A DNA stretch of 64,000 bases from Octopus vulgaris (lineage: Eukaryota): assembly GCA_951406725.2 (NCBI GenBank), contig OX597822.1, positions 4,402,001 to 4,466,000 on the forward strand, written 5' to 3'. Each line of letters starts with the position of its first letter. Within the stretch, counting starts at the first letter, position 1. Under the pieces are notes generated by a model. It ran no database searches. It was given only the letters and a program-made list of their open reading frames with translations, and was not told the DNA's origin. A program made the position numbers and the translations under genes. This document shows positions 30,362 to 43,672 of the stretch, piece by piece.

Positions 30362-30760
30362 CATCATCATCATCATCGTTTAGCGTCCGTTTTCCGCGCT
30401 AGCATGGGTTGGACGGTTCGACCGGGTTCTGGGAAGCCAGGGGTTACACCAGGCTCCAGTCTGATCTGGCAGTGTTTCTACAGCTGGATGCCCTTCCTAA
30501 CGCCAACCACTCCACGAGTGTAGTGGGTGCTTTTTACGTGCCACCTGCTCAGGTGCCTTGGGAGTCTGGCATCGGCCACGATCGGTTGGTGCTTTCAACG
30601 TGCCACCGGCATGGAAGCCAGCCAAGGCAGCACTGGCAACAGCCACGTTCGGATGGTGCTTTTTATGTGCCACCGGCACAGAAGCCAGTCCAGGTGGTGC
30701 TGGCATCGGCCACGTTCGGATGGTGCTTTTTATGTGCCACCGGCACAGAAGCCAGTCGAA
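30362..30760 (-). mobile_element. V-domain-like SINE with (GAT)n tail and internal approx. 62-bp tandem units
   Basis: ggcgttaggaagggcatccagc on the minus strand; repeated gtgctttttacgtgccaccggcac units. Confidence 0.8.
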
Positions 30761-31077
30761 GCAGTGCTAATTATTAATAGACAGACAAACAGATAGATAT
30801 GCGTATATTCATATTTATATATACTGACTTGTCCATTCAGGGTGGGGGAAACGTTTTTTTGGAGAGAAATGAAGTTGGGAATCAGACAAAAATGGTTATC
30901 AAACACTTTTCTAAATTGTGAGAGAGAATCTCAGAAATCAGCTTTGCCTTGTTCTGAGTTAATTATTGAGAATATCAGGAATGTATAGTAACATATGATA
31001 ATAATAATAACAAGTACCAGTATGGTATAGTAATATATAACAATAATACAGAGTAATGTTAGTTTAATCAATTATAC

Positions 31078-31241
31078 AGGCGCAGGAGTGGCTGTGTGGT
31101 ACGTAGCTTGCTTACCAACCACATGGCTCCAGGTTCAGTCCCACTGCGTGGCACCTTGGACAAGTGTCTTCTACTATAGCCTTGGGCCGACCAATGCCTT
31201 GTGAGTAGATTTGGTAGATGGAAACTGAAAGAAGCCCGTCG

Positions 31242-31276
<35 letters not shown>

Positions 31277-31452
31277 TCCCCACCATCGCTTGACAACCGA
31301 TGTTCGTGTGTTTACGTCCCCCATAACTTAGCGGCTTGGCAAAAGAGACTGATAGAATAAGTGAAAGGCTTACAAAGAATAAGTCCTGGGGTCGATGTGT
31401 TCGACTAAAGACGGTACTCCAGCATGGCCGCAGTCAAAATGACTGAAACAAA
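31078..31452 (+). mobile_element. CORE-like SINE, full length
   Basis: aggcgcaggagtggctgtgtggt...gactgaaacaa. Confidence 0.88.
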
Positions 31453-31960
31453 AATAAAAAAAAATATTTCTTATAAACACTTTGCCCTCATTTATTCTTA
31501 AAACAAAGCTTCATTGCCACTGCGATAACAGTGTTTTGTCCCATATTCCTGATAAGAACATTTATTAATTAATTTCAGAACATTGTCTTGTTTCAATAGG
31601 AAAATTCTAGAAAAGCTCAATTATTATGAAGAGTAATCAGCCTAAGGTTTGGGCTCAGTTTTTTCATTATCTAGTTGTGAGGTTGATAAGAAATGCAGTG
31701 TTGAAATTCAAGTAATTCAAAGCCTCAGGTCAACCAAAGCTCTGTGAGTGGATTTGGTAGACAGAAACTGAAAGAAGCTTGTTGTATATATGTGTGTGTA
31801 TATGTTTGTGTGTCTGTGTTTGTTCTCCCAGCATCGCTTGACAACTGATGTTAGTGTGTTTACATCCCCCATAACTTAGTGCTTTGGCAAAAGTGGCCAC
31901 TGAAACAAGTAAAAGAATATATTTTGACAAAATCAGTCAAATGAATACAAGAATATATAT

Positions 31961-32009
<49 letters not shown>

Positions 32010-32460
32010 TATATATACAGTAGACCCCTGGTAATCGTGACGGTTACATTCCTAGAGCACCTGCAAATAGTGAAAATTATATGATGCATGAATCTTCTAT
32101 ATGAAGTAGAACTATGATCGTAGATTGGAGTAATTTCTTTTGAGCAATATGTGATGCTTGGCTTGAACAAAATTCAGTGCAAATCGGCAACCAGTCATTA
32201 TGGAGATCAGTTTCCAGTGAGTTAGCTATGCAGTGTCAATCAATTGGTCCCAAGTACAATCACTGAAAATAATTGGGCTTCATCTGATAGAGTCCTGCTT
32301 TTCTCATGGCCAGCTCAACATTGGTTGTTCAAAGGTTGGGAACGGAAACAAGCTGCTTGTACTGACCCTGAATGGGAAGACAAAAATGTTGTTCATCATG
32401 CAGCTTTGCAATAAGTTCCAAATAGACAAATTATACCATGGTTTTGATGAAAACTGTTAA

Positions 32461-32855
32461 TCTTTATATATAAAAGTAAGGTTTTGAGCTGTCTGTCTCC
32501 TACGATTTAGATTCCTAACTACTCCCACATTTTGCGGTGCAGTTTAACCAAAACCGGGTATCTTATAGTCGTAATTCATATCGAGCCCTTCTGGGTATTA
32601 GTGCGCATCTACGATGAGTCTACGATTTTAAAAAGAATTTACCATCAATTTTTCCCATTTTAATGCATTTTTGGCATATATAAGGGAAGTAACTCTCTAA
32701 AAATTTATTATTAAATCTCAGAACATAAAAAGCTACAGTAACACACCCCCTTTGTGGTTAGCCATATTGAGATAGCTATTATACTTTACATCTCTAAAAA
32801 TGCTTATATTGTTATTTCCCTTACAAACCCGAGCAACGCCGGGCGATACTGCGAG
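32461..32855 (+). mobile_element. Non-autonomous Helitron copy
   Basis: Same family as 20257-20651; end mutated to CGAG. Confidence 0.85.
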
Positions 32856-32999
32856 CTGTTCATAAAATATTGTTCAAGTTTAATAAAATCTAATATGTAC
32901 TCGATGCATGAAGTGTTATTGTTGAGTCTAAGGCCCAATGAAGAGCTCTCCACAGGAGCTAGCTTAAAAGCCGTCTGATATATACATACATATACATGA

Positions 33000-33232
33000 A
33001 GGTGGTGAGCTGGCAGAAACGTTAGCACACCGGGCGAAATGCTTAGCAGTATTTCATCTGTCTTCACGTTCTGAGTTCAAATTCTGCCGAGGTCGACTTT
33101 GCCTTTCATCCTTTCAGGGTTGATTAAAAAAGCACCAGTTGCATACTGGAGTCAATGTAATTGACTTAATCCCTTTGCTTGTCCTGGTTTGTCACCCCTA
33201 TGTTTAGCCCCTTGTGGGCAATAAAGAAATAG
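33000..33232 (+). mobile_element. Meta-like SINE copy
   Basis: Family match. Confidence 0.8.
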
Positions 33233-33266
33233 ATACATACATACATATATATATATATATGTGTGT

Positions 33267-33298
<32 letters not shown>

Positions 33299-33549
33299 TG
33301 ACAGATTGACAGACAGATACAGTTATGTGTTTTGACAATTTTTTAAAAGCTTCATAGGAGTGGGTGAGTTCTTGTGTCTCCCAGTTATCAAAAGGTCACA
33401 TGACCTCGAACTGTGTGACTAATTTACTGAATATTTTATTCATAGAATGTTGCAAGTGTTTAATTTGAAGACTTTAGCGACACAATGATATAAATGAATA
33501 AAATATAAAATAAATGAATAAATTAATTAAATAAAGACAAACCAAGATA

Positions 33550-36328
33550 TTTGTTCAATCCAGTCTGAGAGTGAATATTCAGTTGGATGCGTTTCCCTTT
33601 ATTTTCTCCAGCCTCATACATGATGTGGGATGGACTTGAATATAGCACAACACAATAACAAGTCATTCCGGAATTATACTGTGATTTTATGGAAGGAACA
33701 ATTAGATAGCATGTACTTCCATAAATTTACTTCATGTGAGCTTCAGTGTCCGTGGAGAGCACAGACAAATTTCTTTCTCAAAGTCTTCATATTCTCTCAA
33801 CACAGAAATTGCTGTAATATCGAATTGTGACTTCTGGCAGATAACTAATATTGAAAGAAAGGGCCTGAAAGTAGTAATGGAGGAACTAAAACAGTGCCCC
33901 GTTGCAAAGATGGTAAGAAACGACCAAAGAATGAAAGGGTTACCACCAGAATAGGTTATTCAGATTAGATCAGAAGAGATTCTAGAAAGAAATAAATGGA
34001 GAATGTACAGATGAAAAGTTGATACCTGATAACATTGAAAGTTAAAGGTTTTGGAGTGACATCTGGAAGAAAGACAAGGAGCACAAGAATTGATGCTGAA
34101 TGGTTGCAAGAACTGAAACAAACAGTAGTCTGTCTATAACAGGTAGAACTAGTCATTTCAGTTAGAGAAGTGAAGAAAATCAGCAAAAAATGGGCAACTG
34201 GAAGGTCCCGGGACCAGATGGAGTTCAAGGTTACTGGACCAAAAGATTTGGTGAATGTCATGCACAAATAGCTGTGCAACTCAGCATCTTGTTAAATGCC
34301 GACCAAGTAACAGCAGAGTGGTTGACATCGGTTAGGAAAGTGCTGTGCTTGAAAAACGTCAAAAAAAGCAATATGGTAGACAATTACAGGTCGATACCCT
34401 GCTTGCCACTTATGTGGAAATTATTGACTGGAATACTCGCAAAGTCAATGTACAAACACCTGGAAAAGCATGGAGTCCTGCCACATGAGCAGAAGGGTTA
34501 CAAGCGTAAGTGCAGAGGTACCAAGGTTCGACTCCTGATAAGCAAAACTGTACTTAGAGACTGCAAGAGGAGGAAAAGTAACTTAGCCATGTCATGGATC
34601 GACTATCGTAAGGCATATGATATGATCCCACACTCTAGAATAATGGAATGTATGAACCTATTTGTTATTGCATCGAATGTTGAGCAATTGCTTGGAAAAA
34701 ATATGGCAAATTGGTGGACAGACCTGACAGCATATGGAAGAAGTTTAGGGACAGTAGAAATTAGGAGGGGCATCTTTCAAGGGGACTGCCTGTCCCCACT
34801 GATCTTTATACTGTGCTTGATACCACTAACACTAATTCTGAGGAAAGCAAAAGCTGGGTATGTATTCAAAAGCTGTCAACAAAAAGTCAACCAATTGTTA
34901 TTCTTGGATGACCTCAAACTTTATGGTAAAGATGAATAGCAAGTCATTTCCCTCGATGATACGGTGTATACTTTCAGTGCTGATGTCAGGATTGAGTTCA
35001 GACTGAGAAAGTGTGGTGTGTTAGTCTTGAAGAGAGGCAAAATCAAATGTATGGACGGGCTAATGATACCATCGGGGGCAGTTATGAAGCAGATAGAAGA
35101 GACAAGATATAAATACTTGGGGATATTGGAAATGGATAAATTGATGGAGAAAGAAATGACAGAAGAATCTAAGGTGGAGTACTTGCGCAGACTGAGACTC
35201 ATCCTTAAGTCGAAAATAAACAGACGGAATAAGATTGAAGCCATCAACACCTGGGCAGTTTAACTCCTTAAATATGGAGCAGGTGTAATCGCATGGACAG
35301 TAGACGAAATAAAAACTTAGACAGAAAGACAAGGAAATTGCTAACTAGATATGGGTCACTCCACCCAAAAATTGACACAGACAGACTGTATGTACCAAGA
35401 AAAAGAGGGGGAAGAGGACTTATTGGATGCGAACACAGCATTAGAGCAGAAGAAAGCAACATAGCATGGTATGTAAAAAATGCCACAGAACCGCTATTAT
35501 TAGAAGTAGGAAGGTCAGGTTTGTGTAGGATGAAAGACTGCAAAGATAAAGCACAATACAAGCAATTGAAAGACAAGAAACTGAAAATAGGTGGGTAAAG
35601 AAAAGAATGCATGGTCAATTTCATAGGGATGTTGAAGATAAGACAGAGAGGGGGAAAAGATGGCTGTGGATGACTAAAACTGATTTAAAACTGGAAATGG
35701 AGACTCTAATCTGTGCTGCCCAAGAGCAAGCACTAAGAACAAACTACATAAAAAACAGAATAGACAACACAATAGAAAGTGTTAAGTGCAGAATCTGTGG
35801 ACAAAATAGTGAAACCGTATGGCATTAGCCCAGAAGGAATATAAGAGATGCCATGACAATATAGCCAGGCTTGTCCATTGGACACTTTGCAACAAGTATG
35901 GACTTGACAGAGCAAAACATTGGTACAACCACAAACCTGAAGGCATCTTCAAAAATAGAAATGTAAAGATCCTATGGGATTTCATGATTCAGTGCGACCA
36001 TGAGATAGAGAATAGGAAGCCAGACATAGTCTTAATTGAGAAAGAAAACAAACTATGCTGGATCATAGATATAGCATGCCCAGCTGACAACAAGGTATGT
36101 GTTAAGGAAGAGAGAAAAGCTAATAATTGTCAGAGCCCTGAGAACAGTGAGCAAAAATCTCGAGAAGTATGTGGAACAAATAGGGGCTACAATAAGGGTG
36201 AAGCACTTGCAGAAAACAGCACTGCTTGGAACTACTCGAATACTCCGGAAGGTGCTCGAAAAATATGAGGTGTTACCTTAGTTCACTGATAGTACATCTC
36301 CAGCGATAGAAGTTGTGCAAAGGCAATG

Positions 36329-36368
<40 letters not shown>
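33550..36368 (+). mobile_element. R4/Dong-like non-LTR retrotransposon (RT + CCHC + REL endonuclease), defective
   Basis: NWKVPGPDGV, WIDYRKAYD, GIFQGDCLSPL, FLDDLKL, YKYLG, CRICGQNSETVWH, RCHDNIA and KPDIVL...IIDIACP; (AAT)n 3' tail. Confidence 0.92.
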
Positions 36369-36370
<2 letters not shown>

Positions 36371-36419
36371 GTAAACACATTCTCAGCAAATGAAGCAGAA
36401 TAGGAAAGGCTATAATCAC

Positions 36420-37920
36420 AAGAATACGATGATGACAAACAAGACATAGTGAGGAGGCTGTGTCGATATATTAGAGAAGACCAGGATCAAGCACCCACCC
36501 CCAACCTGAGGTACATTGATTGATGCAAGATCAAGGTTGAAACCAAAGAGATAGGTTCAGTTCTTGGGCTTTTCCAGACGAGAAATATAACTGAAGCTAA
36601 CAAGATTATTTGGGCTGCAAACAAGAGTTGGATACAAAAGAAAAGAAGAAAGAGAAGGTAAAGAACCAAAGTGGAATGGACGGATTTGTGAGAAACAAAA
36701 GATATTTAGGACAAGTTGGTAGATTGAGAAGAGGGGAATGGCATGGAAAGAACGTATAGAATTAGAGATAAAGGTTATGATGTGATATTGGAAGAAGTGA
36801 AACAAAGAGTAGAAGTAATCAAAGCAAAACTGGAAAGATATGAGAATGGAAAAAGACAGTTTGAAGCAAATCAGAAGAAACTGCTTCAGGAACGATGGGC
36901 AAATACAGGTAACAATGAGACAAAATGCAGAGGAAAGCAAGGCATTCTAGAGAGGGATCTGGGACCAACCTGTGGAGCATAATGGTGAAACAGAATGGCT
37001 GCATGGAAACCAAGATAGGGTGAGAAATATAGAAGTCCAAGAAGACATAAAGATAACTACAGAAATATTAAAAAAGCAGTTAAGAAAATTCCCAAATTGG
37101 AAGATCCCAGGACTGGATGGGGTCCAAGGGTATTGGATGAAGAAGCTGAGAGGCCTCCATGAAAGGATAGCAGAACAGCTAGATGAATGCTTGCAGGAAG
37201 GTGCAGGACCCAGCTGGGTGACAAAGGGAAATACATTGTTATGTGCCTGAAAGGGGAAATGTTGCATCCAACTTTAGACCAATAACATGCCTTCTGTTAA
37301 TGTGGAAACTAATGTCAGGTGCTTTGGCTGGTGAACTATACAGATACTTGGAAAAAAAGTGGGCTGCTACCAATTGAACAGAAAGGGTGCAGAAAAAGGA
37401 TCCAGGGAATGAAGGATCAGCTCTTAATTGATAAACTGATTATCAGGAACTGCAAGATAAGACATTGAAACCTGAGCATGGCATAGGTTGACTATCACAA
37501 AGAATATGATGATACCACACTCCTGGATAATAAGAACAATTTAAAGGTATGGAGTAGCAGAGAATATGAGAAGCCTTATATGGAATAGCATGAAATATCA
37601 GAGAATGGAAGCAAGTAATAGGACAGGTGAAAATCAAGAGAGGAATTTTCTAGGGGGCAGTGTGTCCCCACTGATATTCATGTTGGGAATGATCCCCTTG
37701 AGTGTAATACTACAGAAAACAAAGTTGGGGTATGATCTGGGAAGAGGTAAGGGAAAACTAAACCACTTGCTATTCATGGATGACCTGAAACTATTCACAA
37801 AAACTAAGGTAGAACTAGACAGCCTAGTCCAGTCTGTGTGGATTTTTTCCAATGATACTAAGATGGAGTCTGGACTCTCAAAATGTGCTACAATGGTGAT
37901 GAGACAAGGAAAGCTTGTGG
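36420..37920 (+). mobile_element. Second R4/Dong-like remnant directly downstream
   Basis: NWKIPGLDGVQGYW, SVSPLIF and HLLFMDDLKLF; truncated at the Helitron junction. Confidence 0.85.
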
Positions 37921-39578
37921 CCTGTGTGACATTTCTCATTAATTTCTTGACAACAAGTCTTGTGGCATTGCCCAGCTTTGATTGAGGAAGGTTGTGCAGA
38001 AGCATAGAGAACCTATTTTCAATGGAAGGCAATGAAGAGGAGCTCCTGGAGGCTGCAGTGAGTTTAAGAACTCAACCAGGTAATTGACTATTTCCAATTC
38101 ATCCACAACAGAGTCTATAGATTTGTAAGTATGTTCGTTTCCTGGTGAAAAGTTTCTTGAATCTTTCATTTAAATTATTCACAGTAACATTCTTGGGTGC
38201 CATGATTGCTCTTTCACACAACCAAGCAACATTTGTGTAATTTGAAATTATACTTGGAAAAACCTTTTCAATAAGTTCCTCAACTGAGCTGACCAAGTTG
38301 CAGATTTTTGATGGAATCAAGTCACCTTTATGATTGATGTCTAGCCTTCCTTCACCAAGTTGAAAAATAGTATGGGCAAATTGTTCTGACAGATGATTCC
38401 CATACAAATTGTGTCCTCATATTTGCAGAAAGCTTTAACACCTTGATATGTTTCCATAAAATAGAAGATTTCAAGCATGCTTTCAATTCATCCACCTTTG
38501 TTCCCTTGGGAAGCACAGGCAAAATTCGTCTGAAATCCCTTGAAAGCACTACTGTCACACCTTGCATCAAACAATTGGTTCTGTGCAAATCCTGCAGCAT
38601 TTTGGTAACAGCTTCTACTAATTTCTTTGTAGCTTCATCCCATATGATCAAAGAACTTGAGCTAAAAAAGAACTTTTACTAATATTGCAGACAAGTTCAT
38701 CATTTGAAGTTAGATTGAATGGCAGCTTGAATGTTGTGTGAGATGTTCGACCTCCTGGAAGCAAAGTCGCAGCAATTCCAGAGCTTGCTACAGCTAAGGC
38801 TATTTCCTTTTTCTGCCAGACTTTGGCTAGCACTAAATTTGTAACAAAAGTTTTTCCTTGTGGCGCATCTAAAAAATATAATCCTCCTCTCTTATGTATC
38901 ACTTGGTCAATTATTGTATATGCAAGTTGTTGGTTTGGCAAAAGTTTCAGGACATTTTCTTCAAGGAATCTTGTTAATGAGTCAATAACATATGAAGTTT
39001 CTTGCAAAACTTCTGTGATCAAATTATTCATGTTATTTCAATGTGTTTCCTGTAATCCAAACTTGCTAATCTCTTCCCCTCCCATTGAGACAACGAGATC
39101 TTCAATATCAACCAATAAAGACTGATATGTGCCATTGTTGAATGCTTTTTCCCTCTCAGGGAATCTTAATTCTGCTAGATTTTTGCAGTCTTCTGATAAA
39201 TCATTCTTATATTTGTGCCACAATGCTAATGGATTGCCTATTTCACAATTAAGGAGAATAATTGCAAAAAGATCTCTCAAAGAAATTGGTGTCTGTCACA
39301 CTGAAGCCTCAGTCATTGTTCTATCCCACTCATTGCCATCTTCTAACAAATTTAAGGCTGTTCGTGCCCGCCGATTGACTGCTCATCTCGTACGCATCCT
39401 TGTCCGTTCTGTCCCCGAAGCCCACCCGCCACCCTCGCCATCATCGCTTCCATGGCCACCGTCACTGCCATCAGTCGGCATTCACTCTGTGGAATCCCAT
39501 TGCAAGTGTTCGTGCCAACCGATAGCAGTTGCGTAGATAGCAGCAGTTACCAAATCGCGATCACTTACTTACACGCTG

Positions 39579-39600
<22 letters not shown>
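37921..39600 (-). mobile_element. Helitron RepHel (Pif1 helicase) remnant
   Basis: MRDLFAIILLNC, LYFLDAP.GKTF, AVASSGIAATLLPGGRTSH, IIWDEA, DFRRILPV and [12 protein letters not shown]; frameshifted. Confidence 0.92.
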
Positions 39601-39619
<19 letters not shown>

Positions 39620-39693
39620 TCATCATCATCATCATCATTTAGCGTCCGTTTTCCATGCTAGCATGGGTTGGACGGTTTAACTGGATGTAAATG

Positions 39694-39727
<34 letters not shown>

Positions 39728-40153
39728 TATATACATAAAACCAGTTCACTTCCCAACCACCATCTTTATCTTATGATAGGTTTCTCTCTCTCTCCCTTTC
39801 TTTCATCAATTCTTGGGTTTATAGGAGCATTTCTTTCTGCCACATAAACTTTAATATGATTCCCATCTTCCCCTCATTGTCCTAGTTGCTTTTTTCTCCT
39901 TCTATACCCTCTGACACTTACATAGTCATAGATCTTACACTTTCTCCTCTTTTTTTAAGCACTAAATACTCTCTGCATTGTCACTGCTGTCTGTTGAATG
40001 TCTTACACGTAACATTTTCCTACCTACTTATTATCACCATTCCTCTTCTGCTTCTTTTCCACACCTCTTCATCTGTCTTTTCTTTATCTTCCTCTTTTAC
40101 ATTCCTTTGTATTTTTATATTTATTCTTTCTGCCCTCTTTTACATTTACATTT

Positions 40154-40229
<76 letters not shown>

Positions 40230-41580
40230 TTCTCCTCCCTGTTTACTATCATACATATCTCTTTGCCTTTCATCCTTTGGGGGGGGGGGGGGGATAAAAT
40301 AAATAGCAGTTGAACAACGAGGTTGATGTAATCAACAAGCCTCTCTGCTACCAAAATTCCAGGCCCTGCGCCTCTAGCAGCATTTGTTAGCACATTGAAC
40401 AAAGTGCATATAAGATGATAAACAACACTCATGGACAATTAACAGAAGCTTTATTTACTGCTGCACATATTCAGCAATCTTTTAGTCATGGGATGAAGAA
40501 TAAAGACAACAATTTATACAGACATTGGGAGAGACAACTCTGGGGGTTATGATAAAATAGCTGGTATATGTGTAGATCTGTGGCTGGGTTGTCACAACTA
40601 GGAAGATATTGTGTTAAATTCAATGGCAAATTTGAACTTTCAAACTGCACAGCTGGAGAAAGGATAAAATGAGAATGAAGTTGTCTCAACATTCTGAGGT
40701 TACCACCAAATATCCCACTTCTAGACAATCAAAGCACATCATGGCTCACTGCTGATTGGTCAGTTAATTGGCCAGCAATAGTGAAACAATAGTGAACTCA
40801 ACATGGCCTTCGCTTGGCTGTTCAGTGATTTGGTTTTAAATCTGCTACAATGCTTAGCAGCATTTCTTTTGGCTTTACATTCTAAGTTCAAATACCACCA
40901 AGATCAACTTTACCTTTCATTCTTCCAGGGACAATAAAATAGATGTAGACATAATTGACTAGCCTCCTTCACACCAAAATTTTTAAGGCCTTTTGCCAAT
41001 AGTAAGAAAGGATTCTTAACCTTGTTTTGGATGAAAGATGGATTAGTGGAATCGTTAGAGCATTGGAAAATGTGAAAATTAATATTTGTAAAATTTAAGT
41101 TTTAATTTCTTGAAATTATTTACCCTTTTCTTTAAAAGTAGCTCAGACTTGCAGCTAGGTTTTTTTTGTTTTCTTCCTCCAACTAAGAGAAATTTTAATC
41201 AGTCAAGAACTTTCTTTTTCGCCTCTGTCATTCATACTTGAATTATCCAAATTCTTTATATATACCTGCATAAGAATGTTTTTTTAGTCCTCTAATCACT
41301 TTTTACAATCATGCAAATTACTTTTTGGTAAGAATATCATTAATGACATTATCAAATTTCATATAAGAACCTAGATAACCAGAACTAGATTATTTCAAAA
41401 TACAGTTTTTTGGGACATTTTTTTGACAAGTTTGTATTTTCAGATTTAAGATACTGTTACGAAAGGTAGTTATTGTGCATGGTGAGGAGAGCATAACATA
41501 AAAATGGGGTGGGGGGAGACTCGATTAGTAAGAACAAAAGATAAAGAGATTGTTCATTATCACCATCGTGTTATTTCAAG

Positions 41581-41649
41581 ATGATAGCAGTAGCTGTTTC
41601 GCGGCATGCAATACCTGGTGACTGTGAACACATTACTGGTTTATTCAAG
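41581..41649 (+). CDS. SAT-like B coding exon 1
   Basis: ATG...AAG|gtatgt; RHAIPGDCEHI matches paralog A RHATVSDCEDI. Confidence 0.78.
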
Positions 41650-42690
41650 GTATGTGCTCAATACTTTAACTGAACTTTTAGTTGTTAATTAATTTGTGGG
41701 GCTAAAATATATCTTAGTATCATAAAATCTTCGAGTAATCTCCTTTATTATGACAGCCCAAACTGCAGCATTTTTTCATTATGAACAAAGGGAGCTCGTC
41801 GTATTATATTTCTTTAGTTGTCCAAATAACAAAATGACAATCAGATCTTGCATTGCATCTCTTTTCATCCGCTCCTTTGCTGAGAATTCAACTTTACAGT
41901 CCAAACCAAAATAATGCAAAAAAACCAAAATATTGAAAAATACTTGACTGCCCATTTTGCATGCTTGAAGAACTTTGAATGCATATGTTGCAACTGTGCC
42001 TATCCTATGTGATTTTTTTTCTCTTTTGTCAACTCTCTCAAAATATATTTAGCGAAATTTAATATAATTTCTGATAAAAAATTATTTCAGAATAATACAA
42101 TTCAAAACAAATGCTAACCCCTACCTAACAAAATATCATGAATTGTATTTAATTTATTGAATATTATTGTAACCCTTATTCACTATTTTGTGTGTGTTTG
42201 TGTGTGTGTGGTGTGCGTGTGTGTGTGTGTGTGTGTACATACACACATGGAATTTTTGCTTAAGAACCCCCATAACTTTTTTTTTCTTTTGAACTTATCA
42301 GAAAATTTCTGCAAATTTTTGTTTTAAATACAGGAGTTCATATGATTGTGCATGTGTGTGTGCGTGTGTGAGTATGTGTGTGTGTGCGTGTGCATGTGTG
42401 TGTATGTAAGTGTGTGTGTGTGTGCATGTGCATGTGTGTAGTGTGTGTGCATGTGTGTAGTGTGTGTGTGTATCCTTCTGTTTACCCCCCCCCACCATTA
42501 CTTCAGAGCCGGTGTTGGTATGTTTACGTCCCCATAACTTAGTAGTTCAGCTAAAGAGATTCATAGAAAAAGTATCAAGCTTAAAAAATAAAATAACTAC
42601 TGGGGCTGATTAGTTTGACAAAAATTTCAAGGTGGTGCCCCAGCTTGGCCATAGACTAATGACTGAAACAAGTAAGAGATAAAAGACATT

Positions 42691-42722
<32 letters not shown>

Positions 42723-42726
42723 CGGT

Positions 42727-42762
<36 letters not shown>

Positions 42763-43610
42763 CCCCGTGCGGTGACACGTATATATATATATATATATAT
42801 ATCGCCTGGCCCCCGGTGGTGGCACGTAAAAGCACCATCCGTTCGTGTCCGTTGCCAGCCTCGCCTGGCCCCGTGCCGGTGACACGTAAAAGCACCATCC
42901 GTTCGTGGCCGTTTGCCAGCTCTGTCTGGCACCTGTGCGAGTGGCACGTAAAAAGCACCCACTACACTCACGGAGTGGTTGGCGTTAGGAAGGGCATCCA
43001 GCCGTAGAAACACTGCCAGATCTGACTGGGCCTGATGATGCCTTCCAGCTTCACAGACCCCAGTTGAACCGTCCAACCCATGCTAGCATGGAGAACGGAC
43101 GCTAAATGATGATGATGATGATGATGATATATATAAGGTAAGGCTGGACAGGACCACCTGTGCCAACCTCATCAACAGTACAGTTCTGCCTGCAATGTTA
43201 TATTGTAGTGAAACATAGGCAACCACAAAGAGAGAAGAGCAGAGACTGGTAACAGCTCAAAGAGCCATGGAAAAGTCAATGCTTGATATCTTGTTGAGAG
43301 AGCACATCAGTAGCGAGATCATCAGAAAGAAGTCCGGCGTGAGAGATGTCATCGCAGAGTATACACGCAGCAAGTTTAGATGGGCTGGACACGTCGCCCG
43401 GCTCACCGATAATCAGTGGACCCGTGCTGTTGTCGAGTGGTACACACGCGAGCGGAAACAACCACCCGGAAGGCCTCCACGACGGTGGAGTTACAATTTC
43501 TGGAGGGAGATTGGGATCACGTGGATGAGAAAGGCGCGATCCAGAGAGGAGTGGACTGCGTGCTGTGACCAGCGGTGTCAAATGGACGCATGACGGACTG
43601 GTCAGTCAAG

Positions 43611-43672
<62 letters not shown>

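Noticed and set aside
38099-39280. Host PIF1 helicase gene
   Set aside because: Intronless and frameshifted, preceded by Helitron Rep-linker sequence.
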